A stretch of 64,000 nt of DNA from an uncultured Solirubrobacterales bacterium (GCA_963740845.1 CAVUFM010000018.1:345056-409055); one strand, 5' to 3'; numbered from the stretch's first letter, positions 44,375 through 55,487 are shown. Translations and numbers: made by a program. Notes: a model not told the origin generated them from the letters alone.

Positions 44375-45627
44375 CCGCGCGCGGACCGGTCCGGCCTCCG
44401 TCGATGACCGCGAACGGCTCCCGCGGGCGTCGCCTCGGCACGGCGGCGCTCGATGCTGAGCCGCCGTTGGCGATGTTGAGCAGCAGGCCGACGGCCGCGA
44501 GGGTGACGATGAGGCTGCTGTTGCCGTAGGAGACGAATGGGAGCGTGACTCCGGTCAGCGGCGCGAGGCCGAGAACCGCGAAGAGGTTGATCGAGGCCTG
44601 GACCAGGATCATCGCCGTCAGGGCGGCGGCGAGCAGGCGACCGTAGCGATCCTTCGCGTGCTGAGCGGTGCGGAAGCCCGCGTACCCGAACATCATGTAG
44701 AGGCCGCAGAGGAAGGTGATCCCGAGCAGGCCGAGCTCCTCGCCGATGACCGCGGCGATCATGTCGGTGTGGGCCTCGGGCAGGTAGAAGGCCTTCTGGA
44801 CGCTCTCGCCGATCCCGGTGCCGAAGATCCCGCCGGAGCCGAGCGCGATCGACGCCTGCATTCCCTGGAAGCCGGCCCCCGAGGCGTCCGCGCTCGGGTT
44901 GACGAAGCTGGTCAGGCGCGCCATCCGGTACGGCTCCATCAGCACGGCGAGGAAGACGATGAAGAGCAGCGCGCCGCCGAGCATCGCGAGATGCCGCAGC
45001 TTCGCGCCCGCCGCGATCAGGAGCGCCGTGACCGAGACCGCGGTGACCATGCCGGTTCCGAGATCGGGCTCGACGACGATCAGCATGCAGACCGCGCCCG
45101 CGACGAGCAGGAAGGGCGAGAGCCCGCGGAGGTCCCGGGTCATCTGTCGGGCGCTCGGCGAGCAGGTGCGCGCCGTAGAGCATCAGCGTGACCTTGGCGA
45201 TCTCGGACGCCTGGATCTGGACCGGCCCGAGGACGATCCAGCGCTGGGCGCCGTTGACCTCGGCCCCGATCACCTTCGTCGCGAGCAGCAGGAGGACGGC
45301 TCCGGCGAGCAGGAGCGGCGTCAGCTTGCGGACGGCGCCGAGCCCGTAGCGCGCCAGGAAGTGGAGGGCGAACAGGCCGAACGCGCCGAACATCAGCGTG
45401 CGCTTGAGGAAGAACGCGCCGTCGCCGTTCTCACCGAGGAGCGCTGCGCTCGAGCTTGCGCTGAAGACCATGACGACGCCGAACGCGAGCAGGCACATCG
45501 TCGCGGTCAGCAGGAGCTGGTACTCGAGGGGATGAGACGACGTCTTCGGCTTGGCCTTCGCCTTCTTCCCGCCCTTGGCGCGGCGACGGCCGAAGCCGCC
45601 GCGGAGGGAGCCGACGGCGCCGCTCAC
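44375..45627 (-). CDS. ftsW: SEDS-family peptidoglycan glycosyltransferase FtsW, frameshifted near 45150
   Basis: ORF 44350..45627 (TM-rich N-terminus, QLLLTATMCLLAFGVVMVFSASS) and ORF 44286..45143 (...GTGIGESVQKAFYLPEAHTDMIAAVIGEELGLLG...). Confidence 0.85.
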
Positions 45628-46989
45628 GATGCGGCTCCCAGATCAGCGACCAGGTCGCGGAAGCTGTCGCCGCGCTCCTCGTAGTCGCGGAAGGCGTCGA
45701 AGCTGGCGCAGGCCGGTGCGAGCAGCACGGTCTCGCCGGGCACGGCGGCGTCAGCGGCGGCGCGGACGGCGGCGTCGAGGTCGCCGACCTCGAGGAGCGG
45801 GACGCCGGCCGGACCGAGGTCCTCGCGCAGGCGCTCGGTGGCGTCGCCGATCAGGTAGCAGGCGGTGCAGTGGGCGGCGACCGCCGGGCGGAGCTCCTCG
45901 AAGCCCCCGCCCTTCAGGCTGCCGCCGAGGATCGCGTGGACGCCGGTGCCGAACGCCTCGAGCGCGGCGGCCGCGGCGGCGACGTTGGTCGCCTTGGAGT
46001 CGTTGACGAAGACGACGCCGTCGAGCTCGCGGACGCGCTCGAGCCGGTGCGGGACACCGGCGAAGGTGCGCAGGCCGCGGGCGACGAGCTCGCGGTCGGT
46101 CCCGGCGGCGAGCGCCGCCGCGGCGACCGCCATCGCGTTGCGGACGTTGTGCTCGCCGGCGAGCGGCAGCTCCTCGCGGCGGACCAGGACTCCCGCCGGA
46201 GTCGCGGATCTCGCCGTCGGCGTAGGAGATGAAGCAGCGCTGCTCGTCGACGCAGGCGTCGATCCCGTAGGGCTCGCGGATCGCCTCGCCGGGAAGGGCG
46301 ACCTGGCCGACGATCTCGTCGTCGGCGTCGACGATCGCCGTGTCGTCGGGGCTCTGGTTGGCGAAGATGCGGAGCTTCGCCTCGGCGTAGGCGGCGAGGG
46401 TGCCGTGGCGGTCGAGGTGGTCGGGGGTCACGTTGAGCAGCACCGCGACGTCGGGCGCGAACGCAACCGAGTCCTCGAGCTGGAAGGACGAGCACTCGCA
46501 GACCACCGTCGCCTCGGGGTCGAGCGCGCCGTCGAGGGAGGCGAGCGGGGTGCCGACGTTGCCGGCGACGGCGACCTCGTGGCCGGCCTCGCGAAGGGTG
46601 TGGCCGAGCCACTCGGTGACGGTGGTCTTGCCGTTCGTCCCGGTCACCGCGAGGAAGCGATTGGGGAGCAGGCGCCAGCCGAGCTCGAGCTCGCCGATCA
46701 CATCGAGGCCGCGCTCGCGCGCTGCGGCGATCACCGGCGCATCGGCCGGAACCCCCGGGCTCTTCACCACGGTCCTCACGTCGTCGAGCAGCCCTGTCCC
46801 GTCACCATCCAGTTGGAGTTCGACGCCGAGGTCCGCAAGCCTCCCCGCATCGGGAGGATTTCCGGTGTCGGTGCCGATGACGCGCTCGCCGCGCGCGCGC
46901 AGCGTCACGGCGGCCGCGACGCCCGATCGAGCCAGCCCGACGACGAGGTAGGGACCGGGTGGCAGAGGTGGGCGCGGGCTGGTGGACAT
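45624..46989 (-). CDS. murD: UDP-N-acetylmuramoylalanine--D-glutamate ligase, frameshifted near 46150
   Basis: MSTSPRPPLPPGPYLVVGLARSGVAAA...AVTGTNGKTTVTEWLGH (ORF 45751..47097) and a C-terminal domain in ORF 45624..46133. Confidence 0.85.
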
Positions 46990-47064
46990 AACTGCGATCC
47001 CTTTCGCCGGGAAGGCGCGGGCTCCCCCCTGTCGAGGCGGAACTCCGGGGCGCCGGTGGGGCCG

Positions 47065-47165
47065 GGTCGGCGGATTTACTCCGGCATATCGGAGCAATTC
47101 CGCCCAGTGGGGCCGGCCGCACGCAGTGAGTGGAATCGCTACCGCATGCGGTAGCGATCCCGCAG
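47065..47165. repeat. intergenic repeat inside the dcw operon (between mraY and murD): two about 30-bp palindromic units 61 bp apart, the second containing a perfect 24-bp palindrome
   Basis: 47071..47100 ggatttactccggcatatcggagcaattcc then cgcccagtgg. 47132..47161 ggaatcgctaccgcatgcggtagcgatccc, with atcgctaccgcatgcggtagcgat a perfect palindrome. Same architecture as 38541..38632. Confidence 0.6.
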
Positions 47166-47179
47166 ACTGCGGCCGCCCG

Positions 47180-48205
47180 TTAGATGCCGATGTTGTTCTG
47201 GAAGAGCGTGTATCCGATCCCCGCGAACACGGCCGCGACGATCCAGAAGCGGAGCATGATCTTCGTCTCCGACCAGGCGAGCATCTCGAAGTGGTGATGG
47301 ATCGGGGCCATCAGGAAGACGCGCCGGCGGAAGCTCTTGAACCAGAGGACCTGGATCGCGACCGAGAGCGCCTCGATCACGAAGATGCCGCCGAGGATGA
47401 TCAGGAGCACCTCGGTCTGGGTCATGATCGCGAACGCGCCGACCGCTCCTCCCAGGCCCAGTGAGCCCGTGTCCCCCATGAATATCTGGGCGGGGAACGC
47501 GTTGAACCAGAGGAAGCCGACCGAGGCGCCGACGAAGCAGGCCGAGAGCAGTGCGAGGTCCTCCTGGCCGGTCGTGATCGTGATCGCCAGATAGGCGAGG
47601 AAGACGATCGCGCAGCAGCCCGCGGCGAGGCCGTCGAGCCCGTCGGTGAGGTTGACGCCGTTGCTGGCGCCGGCGAGCACCAGGAACGTCAGCACCATGT
47701 AGACGACCGGGCCGAAGTAGATGTCGGCGTCGAAGACGCGGATCTGCAGGCGCGCGTCGAGGCCGACCTGCTCGAAGGCGAGCCACCAGAGGGCGACCGC
47801 GAGCAGGATCTGGACGGTCAGCTTCCAGCGCGCCGAGAGGCCGAGCGAGCGCCGCTTGATGATCTTGATGTAGTCGTCGGCGAACCCGAGGGCGGCGCTG
47901 CCCATCGCGATGCCGAAGACCGCGAGGCTCTCGGTGTCGCGGTCGGAGAGCACGAGATAGGGCACTGCGATCGCGGCGAAGATGATCAGCCCGCCCATCG
48001 TCGGCGTGCCCGCCTTGGAGTGGTGCCCCTCGGGCCCCTCCTCCCGGATCTGCTGGCCGAACTCGCGCTCGCGGAGCTTCTCGATGAACTTCGGCCCGAG
48101 GAAGATCGTGATGAGCATCGCGGCCATCCCCGCGATCAGGATCGCCCCGCGGTCCACCGGGACGGTGCTCAGGCCGTCGGTCTGAGCGAGCAGCAGGGCG
48201 GTCAT
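47180..48205 (-). CDS. mraY: phospho-N-acetylmuramoyl-pentapeptide transferase
   Basis: 341 aa polytopic membrane protein with MraY motifs (...DDYIKIIKRRSLGL...NAFPAQIFMGDTGSL...HHHFE). Confidence 0.95.
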   Translation of the reverse strand: MTALLLAQTDGLSTVPVDRGAILIAGMAAMLITIFLGPKFIEKLREREFGQQIREEGPEGHHSKAGTPTMGGLIIFAAIAVPYLVLSDRDTESLAVFGIAMGSAALGFADDYIKIIKRRSLGLSARWKLTVQILLAVALWWLAFEQVGLDARLQIRVFDADIYFGPVVYMVLTFLVLAGASNGVNLTDGLDGLAAGCCAIVFLAYLAITITTGQEDLALLSACFVGASVGFLWFNAFPAQIFMGDTGSLGLGGAVGAFAIMTQTEVLLIILGGIFVIEALSVAIQVLWFKSFRRRVFLMAPIHHHFEMLAWSETKIMLRFWIVAAVFAGIGYTLFQNNIGI

Positions 48206-49565
48206 CCGTCCGCCTCCCCGATCCTGGCGCGCAGGGCGTCGGTGAGCGCCTCGAGGCCGACCGAGCGCGAGCCCTTGATCAGCGCGACGTCGCCGGGGCC
48301 GAGGATCCGCTCGGCCAGCTCAGCTCCGGCCAAGCGGGTCGGGCGCCCACTCGTCGGGCGAGTAGTCGCGGGCGAGGTCGCCGACGCCGATCAGCGGCGA
48401 GATCGCCCAGCTCCCGCGCCCGGGCGGCGATCTCGGCGTGGAAGCGCGGTCCGTCGGGGCCGAGCTCAGCCATCCCGCCGAGGATGCCGACGCGGCGCCG
48501 TGGCGCCGGGACCGACGCGAGGTGCTCGATCGCGGCTCGCATCGAGATCGGGTTGGCGTTGTAGCAGTCGTTCAGCAGGAGGATCTCCCGTGCAAGCTCC
48601 ACCCGCTCGCCGCGCAGGCGCGAGAACTGTATCCGTGACGTCAGCGGCGCCATCTCCCCCGGCTCGATTCCCAGCGCGGTGCCGATCGCGATCGCGCAGA
48701 GGGCGTTGGTGAGGTTGTGCGCCTCCTCGAAGGGGAACGAGAAGTCCGCCTCGCCGAGCGGCGTCGAGATCCGGGCCTCGATCGACCCGCCGACCACCCG
48801 CGCGGAGATCGCGTGGACGTCGCCCCCGGTCCCGAACGTGGTCGTGTCGAGATCCGCTCGCAGGTGCGGCTCGAGCGTCTCCGCCTCGGCCGGGACGACC
48901 GCGCGCCCGTCCGGTCCGAGGCCGCGAAGGATCTCGGCCTTCGCCTCGGCGATCGCCTCGACCGTGCCGAGGAGCTCCAGGTGCACGGGGCCGACGTTCG
49001 TGATCGCGGCGACATCCGGCTCGGCGATCTCGCAGAGCTCGGCGATCTGGCCCATCCCCCGCATCGCCATCTCCATCACGAGGACCTCGGTCTCGGGCGG
49101 CGCGGCCAGCAGCGCGAGCGGCATCCCGATCTCGGTGTTGAAGTTCTCCGGGCTCGCGTGGACCCGCCGCGGCAGGATCGAGCGGGTGATGTCCTTGACG
49201 GATGTCTTGCCGGTCGAGCCGGTGACTCCGACGAGCGGGCAGCCGATCTGCCGCCGCCAGGCGCGGGCGAGGCCCTGAAGCGCCATCAGCGGGTCCTCGG
49301 CCGCGAAGATCCATCCGTCGGTGTCTCCCGGCGCAGCCAGCTCGGCCGCCCGGCCCGCCCCGACGACGACTCCCCAGACGCCGCGCTTGAGCGCCGCCTC
49401 GGCGAAGCGCCCACCGTCGACGCGCTCCCCGATCAGGCCGAAGAAGAGGTCGCCCGGCGCCAGCCTCACGGGAGTCGATCGTCGCCCGCTCGGGCCTGCC
49501 GCCCGTCGCCGCGCTGAAGGATCGTCGCGCCGGCTTCGGCTGCGATCCGATCGGGGTCGAGCTCG
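48202..49565 (-). CDS. murF: UDP-MurNAc-tripeptide--D-alanyl-D-alanine ligase, frame-split
   Basis: ORF 48279..49628 body (...VGVTGSTGKTSVKDI...NFNTEIGMPLALLA...LLNDCYNANPISMRAAIE...); the N-terminus lies in other frames next to the murE stop. Confidence 0.8.
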
Positions 49566-49566
49566 A

Positions 49567-51107
49567 TCACGCGCCTCCCCCCAGTCTGCCCGCCCCGAGC
49601 CGCGCGAGCTCCTCGCGGGCGACGTCACGGTCGTCGAAGGGCTCCTTGCGCCCGCCCTCGAACTCCTGGCCCTGCTCGTGGCCCTTCCCGGCGATCACGA
49701 CGAGGTCACCCGAGCGCGCCTGACCCAGCGCGGTGGCGATCGCTCGCCGGCGGTCGGCGTCGACGACGATCGCCTCGCGGCGTTCCGCCGGGAGTCCATC
49801 GAGCCCTTCGAGCATCTGGGCGATGATCGCCTCGGGATCCTCGGAGCGCGGGTTGTCGGAGGTGACCACGGGGACGTCGGAGAGCTCGGCGCCGGCACGG
49901 CCCATGAGGGGCCGCTTGGTGGCATCCCGGTCGCCGCCGCACCCGTAGACGCAGATCAGGCGCCCTTCGGTGAGTCGCCGGGCCGCGGTGAGCACGTTCT
50001 CGAGCGAGTCGGGAGTGTGCGCGTAGTCGACGATCACCCCGAAGTCCTGCCCTTCGTCGACCGGCTCCATCCGGCCCGGGACGGGCTCGGCGCCGGCGAG
50101 CGCCGCGGTGGCGACGTCGAGGTCGACTCCCAGCGCGCTCGAGCAGCCCAGCGCGGCGAGCGCGTTCTCGACGTTGAAGTGGCCCGGGAGGCCGAGCGTC
50201 GACGTCGCGGACCGACCCATCCGAGGTGCGCAGCTCGAACCGGGAGCCGGTCGCGTCGAAGGAGACGTGGTGGGCGCTCAGGTCGGCGTCGGCCCCCGCC
50301 GCCGAGAACGAGGTCGAGGGCGGCTCGCCCGGCGGCGCGCAGCTCGGCGAGCAGCCCGGCGCCATAGGGGTCGTCGACGTTGATCGCCGCCGCCTCCGGC
50401 GCGATCCCCGCTCCCCCGGGGTCGGGCTCGAACAGGAGCCGCTTCGCCGCGAAGTAGTCCTCCATGTCGGCGTGGAAGTCGAGGTGGTCCTGGGTCAGGT
50501 TGGTGAAGGCCGCGACGTCGAAGGCGATCGCATCGGCGCGGCCGAGGACGAGCGCGTGAGAGGAGACCTCGATCACGCAGGCGCGGTCCCCGGCGTCGAG
50601 CATGCGGCGGAACGTCCGCTGGAGGTCGATGGCCTCCGGCGTGGTGCGGACGACCGGCTCCTCCACCCCGCCGACGACCTGCTTCACCGTCCCGAGGAGA
50701 CCGCAGGACATCCCGGCGGCTTCGAGGATCGTCCGGGTCAGGAAGGCCGTCGTCGTCTTCCCGTTCGTCCCGGTCACGCCGACCATCCGCAGCTCGCGGC
50801 TCGGCTCGCCGAAGAACGCGGCGGCCAGCGGAGCCATCGCGCGGCGGGTGTCGGCGACCAGGACCTGCGGGACGTCGAGGTCGAGCTCGTGGTCGACGAC
50901 CAGCGCCGCCGCCCCGGCCTCGACGGCCGCAGGGGCGAAATCGTGGCCGTCGGCGGTGTGGCCGCGGACGCAGAAGAACAGCGTTCCCGGCTCCACCAGC
51001 CGGTTGTCGAAGGCCAGGTCCGCGATCTCGACCGCGCTCGCGGTCCCCTCGCCGCGCAGCACGCGCGCGGGCAGGCCGGAGCCGTCGAGGAGCTGATCGA
51101 GCCTCAT
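49567..51107 (-). CDS. murE: UDP-MurNAc-L-Ala-D-Glu--2,6-diaminopimelate (or L-Lys) ligase, frameshifted near 50225
   Basis: ORF 50034..51107 (MRLDQLLDGS...VGVTGTNGKTTTAFL...) plus ORF 49567..50220 (...DYAHTPDSLENVL...GCGGDRDATKRPLMG...VVIAGKGHEQGQEF...). Confidence 0.85.
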
Positions 51108-51149
51108 CCAGCCCGATTCTAGGTTCGGAGGTGGCGGCTCTTAGATAAC

Positions 51150-51222
51150 CGCGGATCCTCGGCTTCGCGTCCGGTCCGGGTGACCCCGGATCCTCGGCTT
51201 CGCGTCCGGTCCGGGTGGAGGC
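51150..51222. repeat. perfect 2 x 35 bp tandem direct repeat in the ftsI-murE spacer
   Basis: 51153..51187 ggatcctcggcttcgcgtccggtccgggtgacccc and 51188..51222 ggatcctcggcttcgcgtccggtccgggtggaggc; the first 30 nt are identical. Confidence 0.7.
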
Positions 51223-51227
51223 CGGGT

Positions 51228-52929
51228 TCAGCTCGTCGGGGCGATTCCCAGGTAGGGAAGCGCGAAGCTCGCGATCTCGCCGAAGGCGGGCGCCGCGACG
51301 GTGCCGCCGTAGTAGTCGCCGCCCTTGGGATCGTCGACGATCACGGAGACGAGCAGCTTCGGATCGCTCGGCCGGCGCGAAGCCGACGAACGAGGCGACG
51401 AACTGGGTGTCGGAGTAGGTGCCGTCGATGACCTTCTGCGCGGTTCCGGTCTTGCCGGCGAGCACGTATCCGGGAACCTCGACCTCGGGCGCGGTGCCGA
51501 ACGGCCCGAGCACCCCCTCGAGCATCGTCCGCAGCTCGGCCGAGGTGCTCTCGCTGATCACGCGCGTTCCCTCGGGCTCCTCGACGGGGTCGCCATCGAC
51601 CGACTCGATCAGCCGCGGCGGGCGGAGGGTGCCGCCGTTGGCGATGGCCGCATACCCCTCCATCATCTGCATCGGGGTGACCGAGAGGCCCTGGCCGATG
51701 GGAAGGTTGCCGATCGAGGAGCCGGAGTAGTCCTCGAGCGCCGGGACGATGCCCTGCTCGTCGGGGGAGTACTGGATGCCGGTCGGGTGGCCGAAGCCGA
51801 AGGTGTCGACCCACTGGCTGAAGCGCTCGGATCCCAGCTCGAGGCCGATCGTGACCGCGCCGACGTTCGAGGACTGGGCGAGGATGTCGGAGGTGGTCAG
51901 CGTCCGGTAGCCGAGGCCCTCGTGCGCCTCCTCGATCGTCCGGTCGGCGACCTTGATGGAGGGGCCGACCTCGAACTCGGTGTTGGGCTTGACGGTGCCG
52001 TCCTCGAGCGCGCCGGCGACGGTGAAGGCCTTGAACGTCGAGCCGGGCTCGTAGGTGTAGCCGGTGGGCATGTTCACGGTCTGCTCCGCCGTGGCCTCGC
52101 TGAGGTCCGCCGGGTCGATCTGCGGCCAGCTCGCCATCGCGAGGACGTCGCCGCTCTGCGGGTTCATCACGACCGCCGTCGCGCCCTCGGGGTCGTAGGT
52201 GTCGCCGAGGTCGCTGAGGACCTTCTCGGTGTAGGCCTGGATGCGGCCGTCGATCGTCAGCTGGACGTCGTGGCCGGCGGCGGCGCCGGTGACGACGTCG
52301 CGGCCGATCTCCTGGCCGAGCGCGTCCCTGGTGATCGAGACCTCGCCGTCGGTGCCGCTCAGCTCGTCGTCCTCGTTCGCCTCGATCCCGAAGAGACCCT
52401 GGCCCTCGTCGCCGATCGCGCCGATCATGCGGCCGCCGTCCGTCGCCTGCGGGTACACGCGCCGGGAGTCGGGCAGCTCGCCGATCCCGTCGAGCTCGAG
52501 CTTCCGGACCCGCTTGGCGGTGACGAGGTCGACCTTCTTGGCGAGGTACTCGAAGCCGGTCTGGGCGGTGAGGCTGCGCAGGAGCTCGTCCTCGGGGACG
52601 TCGAGGACCTCGGCGAGCTTCCCTGCGGCCTTCGGGGGATCGACCACCTGGTAGGGGGTCGCGAAGATCGTGGCCGCCTCCTCGGAGACGGCGAGGGCGC
52701 TGCCGTTGCGGTCGAGGATGGAGCCGCGGATACCGGGGACGGTCACCGTCGCGACCTGCTGGTTGCGCGCGTCCGTGGCCAGCTCGTCGCCCTTGACCGC
52801 CTGCAGGTAGGCGGCGCGGGCGAAGACGACGAGGAACGCGACGGCGAAGACCGCGAACAGGAGGCCGGAACGCCTCTCGATCAGCTTCATCGCGAGCGCT
52901 CCCTCACGCGACTCGCGGCCGCTGCTCAC
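51228..52929 (-). CDS. ftsI: penicillin-binding protein (class B transpeptidase, FtsI type), frameshifted near 51370
   Basis: N-terminal TM (LLFAVFAVAFLVVFARAAY), dimerisation domain, transpeptidase motifs STFK (...EPGSTFKAF...), SSN (...AQSSNVGA...), KTG (...AGKTGTAQK...). The true C-terminus ...DPKLLVSVIVDDPKGGDYYGGTVAAPAFGEIASFALPYLGIAPTS* was found by hand translation. Confidence 0.85.
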
Positions 52930-53797
52930 GGCGCGACGACTCCTTCGCCGGTGACCGGATCGACCGCCGTGATCGGGGCGCCGGTGGCGGGGTCGACCGC
53001 GGGAAGCCCGGTGTTGGGATCGATGATCGGCTCGGCGGAGACCGTGGTGGCCGCGGGATCGGTCGTGACGGCGGGATCCGTCGTCTCGGTGGTGGCCGCG
53101 GTCGGGTCGGCGGCGACGTCATCGGTCGCGCTGCCCTCGAGCGCGGGAGCGCCGAGGGTGATCTCACCGGCCGCGAGTCGCTTGGCGGCCTTCGCGAAAT
53201 CGGCGTCGTTGTGGTCGACGTAATGGATCGCGTCGGGAGGCGGGATCGCAAGCCCGTCGTTCGCCGCGTTCTCCTGGATCACCTCGGTCGAGAGCAGCTG
53301 CGCGATCCGGGAGCGCAGGATGCCGTTGTCGCTCTGGAAGCCGTCGATGCGCGACTCGGTGGCGCTCGAGGAGGCGCTGAGACCGAGGCCGACGACGTTG
53401 ATCGCCACGATGCCGCCGAGCAGGATCGCGAGCAGGAAGATCCAGACGCGACCGCGGGTCATCCGCGTCACCAGGCCGCTGTCGGCGAGACCGCTGACCG
53501 CCGCGACCGGGAAGAGGGCGACGTTGCCGGCGGTGGCCGTGCGCGGTCGGGGCGCGGTGCGAGCGCGCTGAGGCGCGGCGGCGCGGGCCGTCGTCGGCTT
53601 GCGCTTGGTCGCGGTTGCGCGCGGCTTTGCGGCGGTGCCGGCGCGGGCGCGCGGCTTGCGGCGGCGCGGTCGCGAGCGCGCGGCTTCGCTGCGGCGCCGG
53701 ACCGCGGCTTGGCGGCGGGGCGCGGCTTGGTCGCCCGACGCGGCTTCGCCGTCGTCTTCGCGCGGCGAGGAGCGGTGCTGATCGCCGGGGCGCCCAT
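52926..53797 (-). CDS. ftsL: FtsL-like cell division protein with long Lys/Arg/Ala/Pro-rich N-terminal region, frame-split
   Basis: Basic N-terminus MGAPAISTAPRRAKTTAKPRRATKPRPAAKPRS... (ORF 53468..53797, starting at the rsmH stop). Then TM plus coiled coil (RVWIFLLAILLGGIVAINVVGLGLSASSSATESRIDGFQSDNGILRSRIAQL) in ORF 52926..53867. Confidence 0.6.
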
Positions 53798-54747
53798 CAG
53801 AGGCCCTGAACCTTGCGGGCGACGCGCAGATGGGCGGAGGCGGAGCGCGGGTTCTGCTCGACCTCACCGGCGCTGGGAGCTACGCCCTTGCGGGTGACGA
53901 GCTCGGCCTCGGGCTCGAGGCCGCACTGACACACGGGGAACTCCGGCGGGCAGATGCAGCCGCGGGCGCGCTCGACGAGGAACCGCTTCACCCTGCGGTC
54001 CTCGAGCGAGTGGAAGGAGATCGCGGCGAGCCGGCCACCGGGCGCGAGCAGGTCCCAGGCCTGGGGCAGCGCGGCGTCGAGCTGGCCCAGCTCCTCGTTG
54101 ACGGCGATGCGAATGGCTTGGAACGTGCGCTTGGCGGGGTTGCCGCGGCCGAAACGGACCTTCGGGGGAACGCCGGCGCGAACCGCGTCGACCAGCTCGG
54201 AAGTCGTCTCGAGGGGCCTGGCGGCGACGATCTGACGCGCGATCGAGCGCGCGTGGCGCTCGTCGGAGTAGTTGCGGAGGATCTCGGCGATCCGGCTCTC
54301 GGGCCACTCGTTGACGACCTCGGCGGCCGTCAGCTCGGAATCCGGGTCCATCCGCATGTCGAGCGGAGCGTCGAAGGAGTAGGAGAAGCCCCGCTCCCAG
54401 GCGTCGATCTGCATCGACGAGACGCCGAGGTCGAAGAGGATCACGTCCGGGTGGACGCCCTCGGAGGCGAGCTCGGCGAGCGCCTCGGCGAAGTCGAGCC
54501 CGATGAAGCGCATCTCACACGGCGCCTCGTTGGCGATCTGCTCGAAGCGGTCGCGCGCGGCGGGATCGCGATCGATGCAGATCAGCGTGCCCTCGGAGCC
54601 GATCCGATCGGCGATCAGGCGCGAGTGGCCGCCGCCGCCGAACGTGCAGTCGACGACCGTGTCGCCCGGCTGCGGGTCCGCGTCGCGGATGACCTCCGCG
54701 GCCAGAACTGGGACGTGTTCGATGGGCATGTAGCTCAGGGTCACCAT
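53797..54747 (-). CDS. rsmH: 16S rRNA (cytosine1402-N4)-methyltransferase
   Basis: MVTLSYMPIEHVPVLAAEV...VDCTFGGGGHS...ILFDLGVSSMQID...; 316 aa. Confidence 0.95.
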   Translation of the reverse strand: MVTLSYMPIEHVPVLAAEVIRDADPQPGDTVVDCTFGGGGHSRLIADRIGSEGTLICIDRDPAARDRFEQIANEAPCEMRFIGLDFAEALAELASEGVHPDVILFDLGVSSMQIDAWERGFSYSFDAPLDMRMDPDSELTAAEVVNEWPESRIAEILRNYSDERHARSIARQIVAARPLETTSELVDAVRAGVPPKVRFGRGNPAKRTFQAIRIAVNEELGQLDAALPQAWDLLAPGGRLAAISFHSLEDRRVKRFLVERARGCICPPEFPVCQCGLEPEAELVTRKGVAPSAGEVEQNPRSASAHLRVARKVQGL

Positions 54748-54748
54748 G

Positions 54749-55219
54749 TCAGGACCCCTCCCTCGGCACCGCGCCTCGAGCGGCGTCGTGCTTGGCGGCG
54801 AGGTCCTCGTTCATCTCGGCTGCCTTGGACTCGTTCTCCGCCGACTCCGAGTCCCATTCCTCCGGCGCCCAGATCTCGAGATGGGTTCCGGCCCCGATCA
54901 GGACGCACTTCCCCTCCAGGCCGGCCATCTCGATCAGCGGCTTGCTGAGGAGAACGCGGCCCGCGGAGTCCAGCTTCCCGCTGGAGGACATCGAGAAGAT
55001 CCGGCGCTGCATCTTGCGCGCGTCGCGGCTGAAGGGGTTCAGCTCCGCCATCGTGCTGGCCTCCATCTTCTCCGCGTCCTTCTCGGACCAGATCTCGATG
55101 CAGTTGTCGGGGGCGGGCCGCAGCACGATGCCCTCGGCGAGCCCCGGCCTGAGGGCGGCGGGGATGTTGACCCGGTTCTTCGGATCGAGGGAGAGTTGGT
55201 GAAGGCCGCGGAAGGTCAT
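54749..55219 (-). CDS. mraZ: transcriptional regulator MraZ
   Basis: MTFRGLHQLSLDPKNRVNIPAALR... two DXXXR-containing MraZ halves; first gene of the dcw cluster. Confidence 0.95.
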   Translation of the reverse strand: MTFRGLHQLSLDPKNRVNIPAALRPGLAEGIVLRPAPDNCIEIWSEKDAEKMEASTMAELNPFSRDARKMQRRIFSMSSSGKLDSAGRVLLSKPLIEMAGLEGKCVLIGAGTHLEIWAPEEWDSESAENESKAAEMNEDLAAKHDAARGAVPREGS

Positions 55220-55487
55220 GCAGGTTGTGAGCCGGTTGCTTCGAAACTTGTCCCTGTGGGTGTTTCGAAGGCGACGCTGAGAGAGCTGGCCGGAGAGGTG
55301 AGGTGGGAGGAGCCTCGCCCCTCCGGCCTGCTGATCTCAACTGGCGCGGCACAGTAACCCACGTGGACCCACTGCGCAACACACCAACACACCGCGTATT
55401 GGATCGGGTCCGTCGGACGGCATTGCTAGCCGGCTCGCGGAACACCTCCTATCCCGCATGAACTGAGCGCTCTCGGGCGCTTCTGAG

